Below are positions 10,467-19,154 of a stretch of DNA of 64,000 nucleotides, one piece after another (positions within the stretch are counted from its first letter, which is position 1; the number at the start of each line of letters is the position of its first letter). Position numbers and translations under genes: made by a program. This DNA comes from Ignavibacterium sp. (GTDB taxonomy: Bacteria; Bacteroidota; Ignavibacteria; Ignavibacteriales; Ignavibacteriaceae): contig JAGXRK010000061.1 in NCBI GenBank assembly GCA_018335755.1, forward strand, positions 6,646 through 70,645. The letters are read 5' to 3'. The notes below the pieces were generated by a model, which was given only the letters and a program-made list of their open reading frames with translations, was not told the origin of the DNA and did no database searches.

Positions 10467-11288
10467 ATGATTGATCTATATTTTAAATATAAAGACATTA
10501 TTAACGCAGTTGAAAGTCATTCCCCTTTCACTCCTGAACTTGCCATTATTCTTGGCAGCGGATTGGGTGACTTCGATGCCAGAATAAAAGTTGTAAAAGA
10601 AATCCCTACAGCCTCTATTAAGGGTTATCCGGCATCTACTGTAGAAGGACATAAAGGAAAAATTATATGGGGTGAACATGAGAATAAAAAAATTCTTCTG
10701 TTCAGCGGGCGGATTCATTTTTATGAAGGTTATCACATATCTGACTGCATTCTGCCGCCCTATATTGCTTCCAAATCGGGATGCAGAAAAATTCTTCTTA
10801 CAAATGCTGCCGGCGGTATAAGCGAGTTTCTTAAACCGGGGGATTTGATGTTAAATTCTTCATTTAATGGTATACAAATAAAAAAAGAACTAACTTTTTT
10901 ATCAGGGTTAGCAAATAGCGAAAAGAAAAACGCATTCCTTAACTTTCCGGATTCGGAATTATGTAATCTGCTTAAAAAAGCTGCTGAAATTGAAAAAGTA
11001 TTATTAAAAGAAGGCGTTTACTGGTATACAAAAGGTCCTACTTATGAAACACTCGCAGAGGTAAAGTTCATTTCAAAATTTGGCGGTGATGCTGTAGGAA
11101 TGTCTACAGTACATGAAGCAATATTTGCTGCAAGTATGGGAATGAAAGCCGCCTCCGTTTCCTGCATAACAAACTATGCTTCCGGAATATCTGGCCAGAA
11201 ACTATCTCATAATGAAGTGACTGAAACCGCACAAAAAGTTAAAGAAAAGTTTGCTTCGCTTGTAAAAAGATTTATAACTCTTTTATAA
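10467..11288 (+). CDS. punA: Purine nucleoside phosphorylase (trimeric PNP family)
   Basis: GRIHFYEGY, LTNAAGG, GPTYET.AE and GGDAVGMSTVHE motifs. The start abuts the nupC stop. Confidence 0.85.
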   Translation: MIDLYFKYKDIINAVESHSPFTPELAIILGSGLGDFDARIKVVKEIPTASIKGYPASTVEGHKGKIIWGEHENKKILLFSGRIHFYEGYHISDCILPPYIASKSGCRKILLTNAAGGISEFLKPGDLMLNSSFNGIQIKKELTFLSGLANSEKKNAFLNFPDSELCNLLKKAAEIEKVLLKEGVYWYTKGPTYETLAEVKFISKFGGDAVGMSTVHEAIFAASMGMKAASVSCITNYASGISGQKLSHNEVTETAQKVKEKFASLVKRFITLL

Positions 11289-11464
11289 TCTAATCTGACT
11301 AAGTCTGCCTTTATCAAATATTTAGAAAATCAATTAATTAACCTCATTTTATCTGTCGTTTGGACATTTAAGGAACTGATTTTTATTGACTTTCTAAGCC
11401 CGAACCCGTAAGTTTGGCAGTTAATTAAAAATTTTTAACTCATTCAGAAATATAAAGTTAAGGT

Positions 11465-13408
11465 ATGAAAGAACTCAGATTTCGCTTTATTTTAATACTT
11501 GCGGCAATAGCTTTAAGTATCTACCTTCTTTATCCTACTTTTCAGGATTACCAGAACAGCAAAAAAATATCTTCAGTTTTAGAACAAAAAAGAGAAGAAG
11601 TTAAGGCAAGCAATCCTGATTATACAAAACCTCAAGTAGACCGCGCATTAAACGTGATTGAAGACAGCATCAAACAAGCTGATCCGTCTATTATTCAGGC
11701 AAGGATGAAGAGAATTAAACTCGGTTTGGACCTTCAGGGCGGTATGCGCGTTGTTCTTGAAGTTAATACCGGTAAATTACTTGAAAAACTAGCCAATAAT
11801 CCCGATCAGGTATTTAAATCCGTTCTTGCGGAAGCTCAGTTAGAAGCTGAAAGAACTGATGAAGCTATAGTGGATATTGTGGGCAGAAAACTCGCTGAAC
11901 GCGGTGTAAGGTTGAGCCGGTATTTTGGTACAATCCGGATGGATGATTCGGAAATATTAGATCAACTTAAAGTAGATGCTGATGATGCAGTTGCCAGAGC
12001 AATGGAAATTATCAGAAACAGGGTTGACCAGTATGGCGTTTCTGAGCCATCTATACAAAGACAGGGTTCAAGAAGAATTATAGTGGAACTGCCCGGTGTT
12101 GCACGCGAAGAAGAGGCAAAACAGCTTATTCAGGGCACTGCTTTACTTGAGTTCCGGCTGGTAAAAGATCCCGACTTTACCATTCCAATATTAGAAAGTA
12201 TTGATCGCGTTTTAGCAAACCGGTTAACCGGCACTTCTGCAGATACTTCATTACAACAAGAATCTGAACAGGATACAGCCTCAGCAGAAGCTGATACAAC
12301 AGAATTAGCTTCAGATACAACGCAACAGGAATTAACTGAAGAGCAATTTCGTGAGCAGCATCCTTTCTTTTCAGTCGCCCTGCTTGATCCACAAGGAAGA
12401 TTTGCTGATGCTTATGTAAGTGAAGATAACCGCAACCAGATTAATTACTGGTTAAGTCTTCCCGAAGTTCAAAAAGTAATCCCAGACAACGTTGAGTTTG
12501 TTTATTCTGCAAAACCTATAGGATTTCAGGATGGTAAAGGCGTTTATATGTTATACCTTGTTAACAAGGCTCCTGAACTTACAGGCGGTGTTATTACCGA
12601 TGCACGTGCAGACATTGATCCGACTACTTCCTCCTGGATTGTAAATATGACAATGAATACCGAAGGTGCAACTGACTGGGCAAGAATAACCGGTGCAAAT
12701 ATTGATAAACGAATTGCCATTATGTTAGATGGTGTTGTGTTCTCAGCTCCAAATGTTAGAAACAGAATTACGGGAGGAAGATCGCAGATTGAAGGCATGG
12801 CAGGACAGGAAGAAGCCAAACTATTAGAGATTGTTCTTAAAGCAGGTGCACTTCCCGCTCCGGTTGACATCATCGAAGAAAGAATTGTCGGTCCATCACT
12901 TGGACAGGATTCAGTTTCAGCAGGATTGAATTCCGCCCTTATCGGATTTTTCCTTGTAGCTCTGTTTATGATTTTTTATTACCGTAAAGCAGGAAGCGTT
13001 GCAGCAGGAGTTCTTGTATTTACAGTTCTCTTTATACTTGGTGTTCTGGCCGGATTCAGTGCAACTCTTACTTTACCAGGTATTGCAGGTATAATTCTTA
13101 CAATAGGAATGGCTGTGGATGCTAACGTGCTGATATTTGAAAGAATAAGAGAAGAGCTATCAACAGGTAAAACTGTAAAAGCATCAATAGACGGCGGTTA
13201 TGAAAAAGCTCTATCAGCAATTATAGATTCTAATATAACAACCTTCTTTACTGCGATAATTCTCTACCAGTTTGGTAGTGGTCCGGTGCAGGGATTTGCG
13301 TTAACATTAATGATTGGTATAGCATCTACTTTGTTCAGCGCACTTGTTATTTCACGTTTGGTGTTTGATTTTATGGTAGCTAAAGCAGTAAAAATAACCA
13401 TTGGTTAA
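11465..13408 (+). CDS. secD: Protein translocase subunit SecD
   Basis: LGLDLQGGM, periplasmic P1 domain, C-terminal 6-TM region with VDANVLIFERIREE. Contains an acidic low-complexity insert. Confidence 0.9.
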   Translation: MKELRFRFILILAAIALSIYLLYPTFQDYQNSKKISSVLEQKREEVKASNPDYTKPQVDRALNVIEDSIKQADPSIIQARMKRIKLGLDLQGGMRVVLEVNTGKLLEKLANNPDQVFKSVLAEAQLEAERTDEAIVDIVGRKLAERGVRLSRYFGTIRMDDSEILDQLKVDADDAVARAMEIIRNRVDQYGVSEPSIQRQGSRRIIVELPGVAREEEAKQLIQGTALLEFRLVKDPDFTIPILESIDRVLANRLTGTSADTSLQQESEQDTASAEADTTELASDTTQQELTEEQFREQHPFFSVALLDPQGRFADAYVSEDNRNQINYWLSLPEVQKVIPDNVEFVYSAKPIGFQDGKGVYMLYLVNKAPELTGGVITDARADIDPTTSSWIVNMTMNTEGATDWARITGANIDKRIAIMLDGVVFSAPNVRNRITGGRSQIEGMAGQEEAKLLEIVLKAGALPAPVDIIEERIVGPSLGQDSVSAGLNSALIGFFLVALFMIFYYRKAGSVAAGVLVFTVLFILGVLAGFSATLTLPGIAGIILTIGMAVDANVLIFERIREELSTGKTVKASIDGGYEKALSAIIDSNITTFFTAIILYQFGSGPVQGFALTLMIGIASTLFSALVISRLVFDFMVAKAVKITIG

Positions 13409-13439
13409 TCAATAAAAGTTTCAGGAGTCAGAAAAATAA

Positions 13440-14579
13440 ATGCGAATATTTGAAAATTTAAATTTTGATTTTTTAGGGAAAAGAAAACTCTTCTATTATG
13501 TGTCAGCAGCTATGTTCTTAGCAGGACTGATAAATATTCTCCTTCGCGGATTAAATTTCGGTATTGACTTCAAAGGCGGTTCAGAAATTGTTCTTCAATT
13601 TGAAAAAACAATTCAGATCGGAGAAATGAGAGGCCTTGTTGAAGGATTAGGAATAGGCAATGTTGAAGTTAAAACTTTCGGTGGTGAAACGGGCGCTCTT
13701 GTAAGAACTGAACTCCAAAGCATTCCCGCAGAAATGTATCCGCAGGTAATTCAGGATCTCAATAACAAAATAAATACCATCGCAAACGGTCTTAGTTTCA
13801 ATGTAGTTGATTCATCCCGTACCTCGGTTACATATTCTTTTCCAAATGCGGATACAACATCCTACATACTCGAACAGCTTACCCTTGCCGGATTCAATGT
13901 GTCACCTGTTGCTGATGACCCTGCAAGCACTCAAATGATTGCAAGTTTTGGTATTGCAGACTGGATTAAAGAAAATCTCAGAGAAAAAATGCAGGATAAC
14001 CCTTTCCAGATTTTAAGAGAAGACCGTGTTGGTCCAAAGATTGGCGATGAGCTTAAGCGTGATGCATTGATTGCAATATTTTTCTCGCTTATTGCAATTC
14101 TTATTTATCTCGGATTCAGGTTTAAATTTGTTTTTGCAGTTGGTGCGGTTGCGGCCTTGTTTCATGATGTTTTAATTACTGTCGGGTTATACTCGGTATT
14201 ATATGGTTTAATACCCGGACTTAATCTTGAGATTGATCTTACAGTGGTTGCTGCATTTTTAACACTTGTCGGTTACTCAATTAACGATACAGTGGTTGTA
14301 TTTGACCGTGTTAGAGAAAATATGAAAATTCACAAAACGATGGATCTTCAGGAAGTGATAAACAAGAGCATTAACCAAACAATGAGCAGAACTATTATCA
14401 CCGGTGTTACTACCTTAATCACTTTGTTTGTTTTACTGCTGATTGGTGGAGATGTGCTTAGAGCTTTTGCTTTCACGTTGTTCTTCGGAATTATTATTGG
14501 TACCTACTCGTCCATTTTCGTAGCAAGTGCTTTTGTACTTGAATATGCTACTAAGAGAAAGAAAAAAGTACAGTTTTAG
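13440..14579 (+). CDS. secF: Protein translocase subunit SecF
   Basis: GIDFKGGS, YSINDTVVVFDRVREN and a C-terminal TM bundle. Immediately downstream of secD. Confidence 0.9.
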   Translation: MRIFENLNFDFLGKRKLFYYVSAAMFLAGLINILLRGLNFGIDFKGGSEIVLQFEKTIQIGEMRGLVEGLGIGNVEVKTFGGETGALVRTELQSIPAEMYPQVIQDLNNKINTIANGLSFNVVDSSRTSVTYSFPNADTTSYILEQLTLAGFNVSPVADDPASTQMIASFGIADWIKENLREKMQDNPFQILREDRVGPKIGDELKRDALIAIFFSLIAILIYLGFRFKFVFAVGAVAALFHDVLITVGLYSVLYGLIPGLNLEIDLTVVAAFLTLVGYSINDTVVVFDRVRENMKIHKTMDLQEVINKSINQTMSRTIITGVTTLITLFVLLLIGGDVLRAFAFTLFFGIIIGTYSSIFVASAFVLEYATKRKKKVQF

Positions 14580-14602
14580 TAAGCACTAAAAGATTCTTCT
14601 CA

Positions 14603-14640
14603 AACCTCCGGGATTTTCTTTAACCTCGGAGGTTTTTTTA
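14603..14640 (+). terminator. Rho-independent terminator after secF
   Basis: Stem aacctccg/cggaggtt followed by a T-run. Confidence 0.75.
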
Positions 14641-14670
14641 TTTTACCAGAATAATTTATTAAAGCTATAT

Positions 14671-14715
14671 TGTCATCTTGAAAAAAGTGTCATCTCGAAC
14701 GAAGTGAGAGATCTC
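14671..14715. repeat. Small intergenic hairpin repeat of the gtcatctcGAACGAAGTGAGagat type
   Basis: gtcatct occurs twice. Stem atctc/gagat encloses gaacgaagtga. The same GAACGA/AGTGAG core recurs many times in 21534-21994. Confidence 0.5.
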
Positions 14716-14742
14716 AATCTATTTATGATCAAATCTCAATAA

Positions 14743-15909
14743 TTATTCATTACTCCTTTTTAACAGAAGCAAACAATTCCCTACTTTCCTCTCTCCTTCT
14801 GCGTCAGATGGAATATTCACAAGTTTATTTTTGACAATCATCGCTGTTGAGCCGCCTCCGTCTAGATTCAACCCCTGGTAAACACCCTGATCAATCATAA
14901 TATCAGCAAATTCTAAAAGAGACATTCCCCTGCTGTGCGATTGTCTTCCATCAACAGTAATAAAGTAAACAGTAGTGCTGTCTTTCGAAAAACCTACACC
15001 GGTTCTTGGATGTCTGTTCTGAGAAAAACGAGGAATCACACCTTCAATATCCGGATTAGTTCTAAACGCATTTTCACCATCTTTAACCAGCAATGGCCAA
15101 CCGCCGGTTAAAGATCTTATATCCGGATAATGAGGATTCAACCTTAATAAAATTCTTAATGTATCGCCTGTAACTAAATTTCGTTCTAAGTAATAAGCAT
15201 ATTTGTTGTTGGTGGAAAGAACATATCCGTTTTCAGGAATTTGCATATTGCCGCCTGACTGAAAATCATCTGCAACACTAAAAAACAGAGTGTCGCCGGA
15301 ATTTGCAAAAGGTACAAGAACAGTTTCCGAAACATTCCAGCCTTCCACTACAGAAGGCGTTGTTTTTCCCTGGTACGAATTATAAAGTGTAATTGAGCTG
15401 CTGTCGGTTTTTGAATTTATTCTGCTGATAGATTCTATCGTGCCATCCGGGAAAATGATGCTGCCGGAAAAAACAAACTGATCAATCAGCAGCTTATTAT
15501 CATATGTAAAAGCAAACTGTGTGTTTACATAATCATTATACGGCGAATCAGTGAACTTAACCGCTTTTACAAACTGACCCTCAGAAATCATATTGTTGAC
15601 AACCTCTCCATCTGCTTCAAAAAAATCTGCATTCAATGCAGCAATAACATAATAGCCCGAATCTATAAATGCCTTTGCCATATCCGTTGTTGTCTGCCTT
15701 GCTCCAAGCAGATTATTTGCCTTAACTGACTTAATAACATAATCCCCTTTTGATAAATCAATCCTGATAATATCAATAGAAAGCGTATCAACAGTGTTAG
15801 TTATTTTTTTATATACAACTCCCGGTGAGACGATCTGCTCATCCACTTTTATTTGTGAATTTGTTAGAGAAGTAAAAAGAAGGAACAGTGTAAAAATATA
15901 AAATTTCAT
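14743..15909 (-). CDS. Secreted phosphodiester glycosidase family protein (DUF2233/NAGPA-like)
   Basis: Signal peptide, then the NLDGGGSTAM signature near the C-terminus. Confidence 0.7.
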   Translation of the reverse strand: MKFYIFTLFLLFTSLTNSQIKVDEQIVSPGVVYKKITNTVDTLSIDIIRIDLSKGDYVIKSVKANNLLGARQTTTDMAKAFIDSGYYVIAALNADFFEADGEVVNNMISEGQFVKAVKFTDSPYNDYVNTQFAFTYDNKLLIDQFVFSGSIIFPDGTIESISRINSKTDSSSITLYNSYQGKTTPSVVEGWNVSETVLVPFANSGDTLFFSVADDFQSGGNMQIPENGYVLSTNNKYAYYLERNLVTGDTLRILLRLNPHYPDIRSLTGGWPLLVKDGENAFRTNPDIEGVIPRFSQNRHPRTGVGFSKDSTTVYFITVDGRQSHSRGMSLLEFADIMIDQGVYQGLNLDGGGSTAMIVKNKLVNIPSDAEGERKVGNCLLLLKRSNE

Positions 15910-15924
15910 TTGTTATTATCCGTT

Positions 15925-16848
15925 TTATTTTATTGAGTTAAAATCCAGCACTGATATACCAATACTGATTAGATATGCACTTTCGGGATATGGATTGATT
16001 CCTGTATCTGAAAGATATTCATAAGTCAACCCTAATCTTATTTCTGCTTTGCCTCTTAGTGAAATACCGGTTGACAGTCCGCCATTGAAATTAGCACGCT
16101 GGAGACCATTGAAACGATTTGTAAAACCTTCTTCCTTACCAAAAAGATTTATCATTGAATAAGAATTAAGATAGTAATGCCAGTGTTTTTCGGAAATGGC
16201 TTTAGTAAAATTAAAGTTGATGCCTAATGAACCGATAAGCTGTTTCCAGTTATATGAATGACTCATCCAGCTTATAGGAAATCTGTTATCCTGCAGGATA
16301 GTGTAAAGTTCTGTTCGAACCGCGAATAATGCATTATCTGATTCGTTCAGAAAATCAAATGGAAAGATGATTTTGGACTGCAGACTTCCAAAAATCAAAG
16401 CCCTTTCTTTTCCATAGAGGTAATTATCTATATCGTGTTTACAGCGATGAAAATATCCGATCTGCCAGAAGAAAGAATCTGCTTTTCGGGAATAAAGAAA
16501 TCCTTCTTCCCAGAAAATTGAGCGGGGTTTAAATCTTATATCATTATCAGGGTTGGCAATAAACTCTATACTGCTTAAAAAAGAAAAACTTTCATAATCA
16601 CCTGTTCTGAAGAATTCAACGAAAGCGCCGAGCTTCTGATACCAGGCGTGTTCAGCATCTCTTTGAATACGGTAGGCGCCAAACTCACCCCAGCCGCTAA
16701 TCGAATTAAGCAAAGATGTACTGCCTGTTTCAACATTAGCGGTGAAATTAAAAAGAGGATTTGACACATAAAACCGGTCCGGAAACCGCTGGGCTGATAC
16801 GGTTAAACTTAGCAAAAAGAGAACTGATATGAATAAAAGTATTTTCAT
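15925..16848 (-). CDS. Hypothetical secreted / outer-membrane protein
   Basis: ATG at 16848 gives signal peptide MKILLFISVLFLLSLTVSAQ. Aromatic-rich with an alternating pattern suggestive of a beta-barrel. No recognised family. Confidence 0.5.
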   Translation of the reverse strand: MKILLFISVLFLLSLTVSAQRFPDRFYVSNPLFNFTANVETGSTSLLNSISGWGEFGAYRIQRDAEHAWYQKLGAFVEFFRTGDYESFSFLSSIEFIANPDNDIRFKPRSIFWEEGFLYSRKADSFFWQIGYFHRCKHDIDNYLYGKERALIFGSLQSKIIFPFDFLNESDNALFAVRTELYTILQDNRFPISWMSHSYNWKQLIGSLGINFNFTKAISEKHWHYYLNSYSMINLFGKEEGFTNRFNGLQRANFNGGLSTGISLRGKAEIRLGLTYEYLSDTGINPYPESAYLISIGISVLDFNSIK

Positions 16849-16995
16849 ATTTTGATTAATATTCTTATTCAATGTAATCAGAAAGAAAAAGAAATGAAAG
16901 CAGATTAAGTTCAAAATACTCAGCCAATAAATTAAATGAAACTTTACAGGGTTTTTAATACTTTAGTACAGTGAAGATTTATCCGGATTAGAAAA

Positions 16996-17376
16996 ATGGA
17001 TTTACATAACGCAATAAATCAGGAAGAAACTGAAGTTAAATTTAAAACAGAACTTCAGCCGGATGACTGGTTATGTCTTAAATGCAATAAGAGAATTACA
17101 GAAGACAAAGAGCGGTTTCTGTTCGATAGTCAGAGTGAATTTCGATTCAATAATCCTGAAGGATATGTATTTGATATAATTACCTTTAAATCAGCAGACG
17201 GATGCCGTGAAGAAGGAATACCAACCAGTGAGTTTACCTGGTTTAAGGATCACTCCTGGAGCTTTGCTTTTTGCAGCCGGTGCGGACTGCATCTGGGCTG
17301 GAAATATTCCGGACAATTTTCTTTTTACGGATTGATTAAAGCAAGACTTATTAAAGGGGCGGCGCTTTTTAATTGA
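16996..17376 (+). CDS. Single-domain bacterial cereblon homologue (CULT domain protein)
   Basis: CLKC...CSRC zinc site, NNPEGYVFDIITF, and SEFTWFKDHSWSFAFCSRCGLHLGW with all three aromatic-cage Trp. FYGLIKARL tail. At 126 aa it is similar in length to Magnetospirillum MsCI4. Confidence 0.8.
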   Translation: MDLHNAINQEETEVKFKTELQPDDWLCLKCNKRITEDKERFLFDSQSEFRFNNPEGYVFDIITFKSADGCREEGIPTSEFTWFKDHSWSFAFCSRCGLHLGWKYSGQFSFYGLIKARLIKGAALFN

Positions 17377-17573
17377 ACTCTCTCTAAACCTGCTGGCAGG
17401 CAGGCAGGGTTAATGGCAGTTTAAAGTTTAGGATTCTGAAGAAGAGAAGTTCCTGACAGCCTGGCAAAATGGAAATTATTTTTATGGGAAGCGGATAATA
17501 TCGGAGAAGTAATGTACTGCGGTAATTTTATACGGAAATAATTAATTTAAATTATTATATCAAGGTTATTCAC

Positions 17574-17915
17574 TTAATCGTTCTCAAGATGCTCAGCAAG
17601 ATTATTTTTTAATGATTGCAGCTCATTAGTTACGATAAACCAGATGATTGAAATATCTACAGCAAAATATTCGTGAACAATCCTGTTCCGTATTCCTTTT
17701 ATCTTTTGCCACGGGATGTCTTTAAATTTATTTTGTATTTCCACAGGGACATTTTTTGAGGCTTCCCCTATTATTTCGATATTTCTTACAACAGCATCTC
17801 TTATAAGCGGGCTTTGTGCAAAATCTTCAAAGGATAAATCTTTGGTATAGTTTTGAATCTTGGTTATACTTTCAATTATATCTTCAAAAAGAATTTTCCA
17901 GTCTCTTTTAGACAT
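17574..17915 (-). CDS. hepT: HepT-like (DUF86) RNase toxin
   Basis: RNRIVHEY (Rx4HxY) motif. 113 aa. Overlaps the upstream NTase gene by 8 nt. Confidence 0.85.
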   Translation of the reverse strand: MSKRDWKILFEDIIESITKIQNYTKDLSFEDFAQSPLIRDAVVRNIEIIGEASKNVPVEIQNKFKDIPWQKIKGIRNRIVHEYFAVDISIIWFIVTNELQSLKNNLAEHLEND

Positions 17916-18198
17916 ATATCAAATCTTGCTTAATATATTTCATCATCCGCGGTTTAATTGCGTAAGGAGTTACTAAATCTACTTTTACTCCTAATATTTC
18001 TTCAAGCTCATCGGCAAGGCTCACAAAATCCAGCCCGATTGGCTTTTCAAAGTCAACCAGAATATCAACATCGCTGCCTGCAGAAATATCACCCCTGGCA
18101 ACAGAGCCAAACAGACCAATACTTTTAATGTGGTATTTGTCTTTTAGTCTTTGTTTATGATGTTCTAAGAGCTGCTTTATTTCATTTAAGTTTTTCAT
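17908..18198 (-). CDS. mntA: MntA-like minimal nucleotidyltransferase antitoxin
   Basis: GLFGSVARGD...SDVDILV nucleotidyltransferase motif. 96 aa. Confidence 0.85.
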   Translation of the reverse strand: MKNLNEIKQLLEHHKQRLKDKYHIKSIGLFGSVARGDISAGSDVDILVDFEKPIGLDFVSLADELEEILGVKVDLVTPYAIKPRMMKYIKQDLIYV

Positions 18199-18570
18199 TA
18201 TATGGTCCGTATCACCTTATGTAAAAATACTTTAAATTTTATTTAATAACCAAGAGCTTTAGTAATAATCCTCCGCCATATTGTAAAAGTCTAAAAATAA
18301 AATCTAGAATTATTATTTAATCTATGCAGCCTTAAATTTAAAGTGATAAAGTTTATCTGAAGTCTTTACTTTAGGGTAACATTATCTTTAAAGGCATAGG
18401 CTATTTCCCACTCTCCTGTAGTAGGCGAGGTTACAGAAAACCCGGAAATCAGATTTTTGAAATACCGAGTACGAAATATTTGCACTTGTTTTACAATTTT
18501 TTCTGAAAAATTTTTATACGAAAGATTTAAACTAAATAACAGCAGTTAAAAACAGAAAGAAGACAACACT

Positions 18571-18870
18571 ATGAATGAAATAAAGAGCGATATCTTTACA
18601 CAAAACAGAATTTTTATATGGATAGCAATTGCAACTGCATTTATTTTATTGATTCCCTTTACGGCAATGCAGTTTAGCAGTGAAGTAGTATGGACACTCT
18701 CTGATTTCATTATTGCAGGAGTTCTTTTATTCGGCACCGGTGCCTTATTTGTACTTACAGCAAGGAGAATAAGGAAGTATCGGTTTGCAATAGGTATTTT
18801 GTTTCTTACAGCACTGCTTTATGTATGGGCAGAACTTGCAGTTGGAATTTTTACAAACGTGGGAAGCTGA
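18571..18870 (+). CDS. Small hypothetical membrane protein (3 predicted TM segments)
   Basis: Three hydrophobic segments. No recognised family. Confidence 0.45.
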   Translation: MNEIKSDIFTQNRIFIWIAIATAFILLIPFTAMQFSSEVVWTLSDFIIAGVLLFGTGALFVLTARRIRKYRFAIGILFLTALLYVWAELAVGIFTNVGS

Positions 18871-19020
18871 TAAACATATTTTTTAATGGGATGTTACGCC
18901 TATTGCGATCTTGCCGGTCTGGCAGTCTGGGTCCCTAACAGCAATGGGAAATCCAGACTTATAAAAGGAGTGACGTTGTTTAATTAAGTTAATCTATTCA
19001 CATCCCCCATCCATCCATTT

Positions 19021-19045
19021 ACTTTCACAATCACCATTGTCATAT
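19021..19045. repeat. attL core: 25-bp perfect direct repeat of the PP2C gene 3' end
   Basis: actttcacaatcaccattgtcatat is identical to 36592-36616. Confidence 0.85.
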
Positions 19046-19112
19046 TATTATCCTTTATTCCCCATAAACAATTGCATTATAAAAGTTTATAATGATTTTT
19101 AAAGTGCTGAAG

Positions 19113-19130
19113 TAACAGATACGCAACAAA
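19113..19130 (+). repeat. Candidate integrase arm-type site (left end)
   Basis: aacagatacgcaacaaaa matches 36481-36497. The core cgcaacaaa also occurs inverted at 36423-36431 and 36441-36449. Confidence 0.5.
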
Positions 19131-19154
19131 ATAAAAATATGTGTTATAATTAAT

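Noticed and set aside
12230-12360. Acidic Thr/Ser/Glu/Gln-rich segment in SecD (with an antisense ORF at 12177-12392)
   Set aside because: It is an in-frame low-complexity linker within the periplasmic domain, not a separate gene or insertion element.
16849-16914. Upstream 22-codon extension of the 15925-16848 gene
   Set aside because: The internal ATG at 16848 yields a canonical signal peptide, whereas the extension is Phe/Asn-rich junk.
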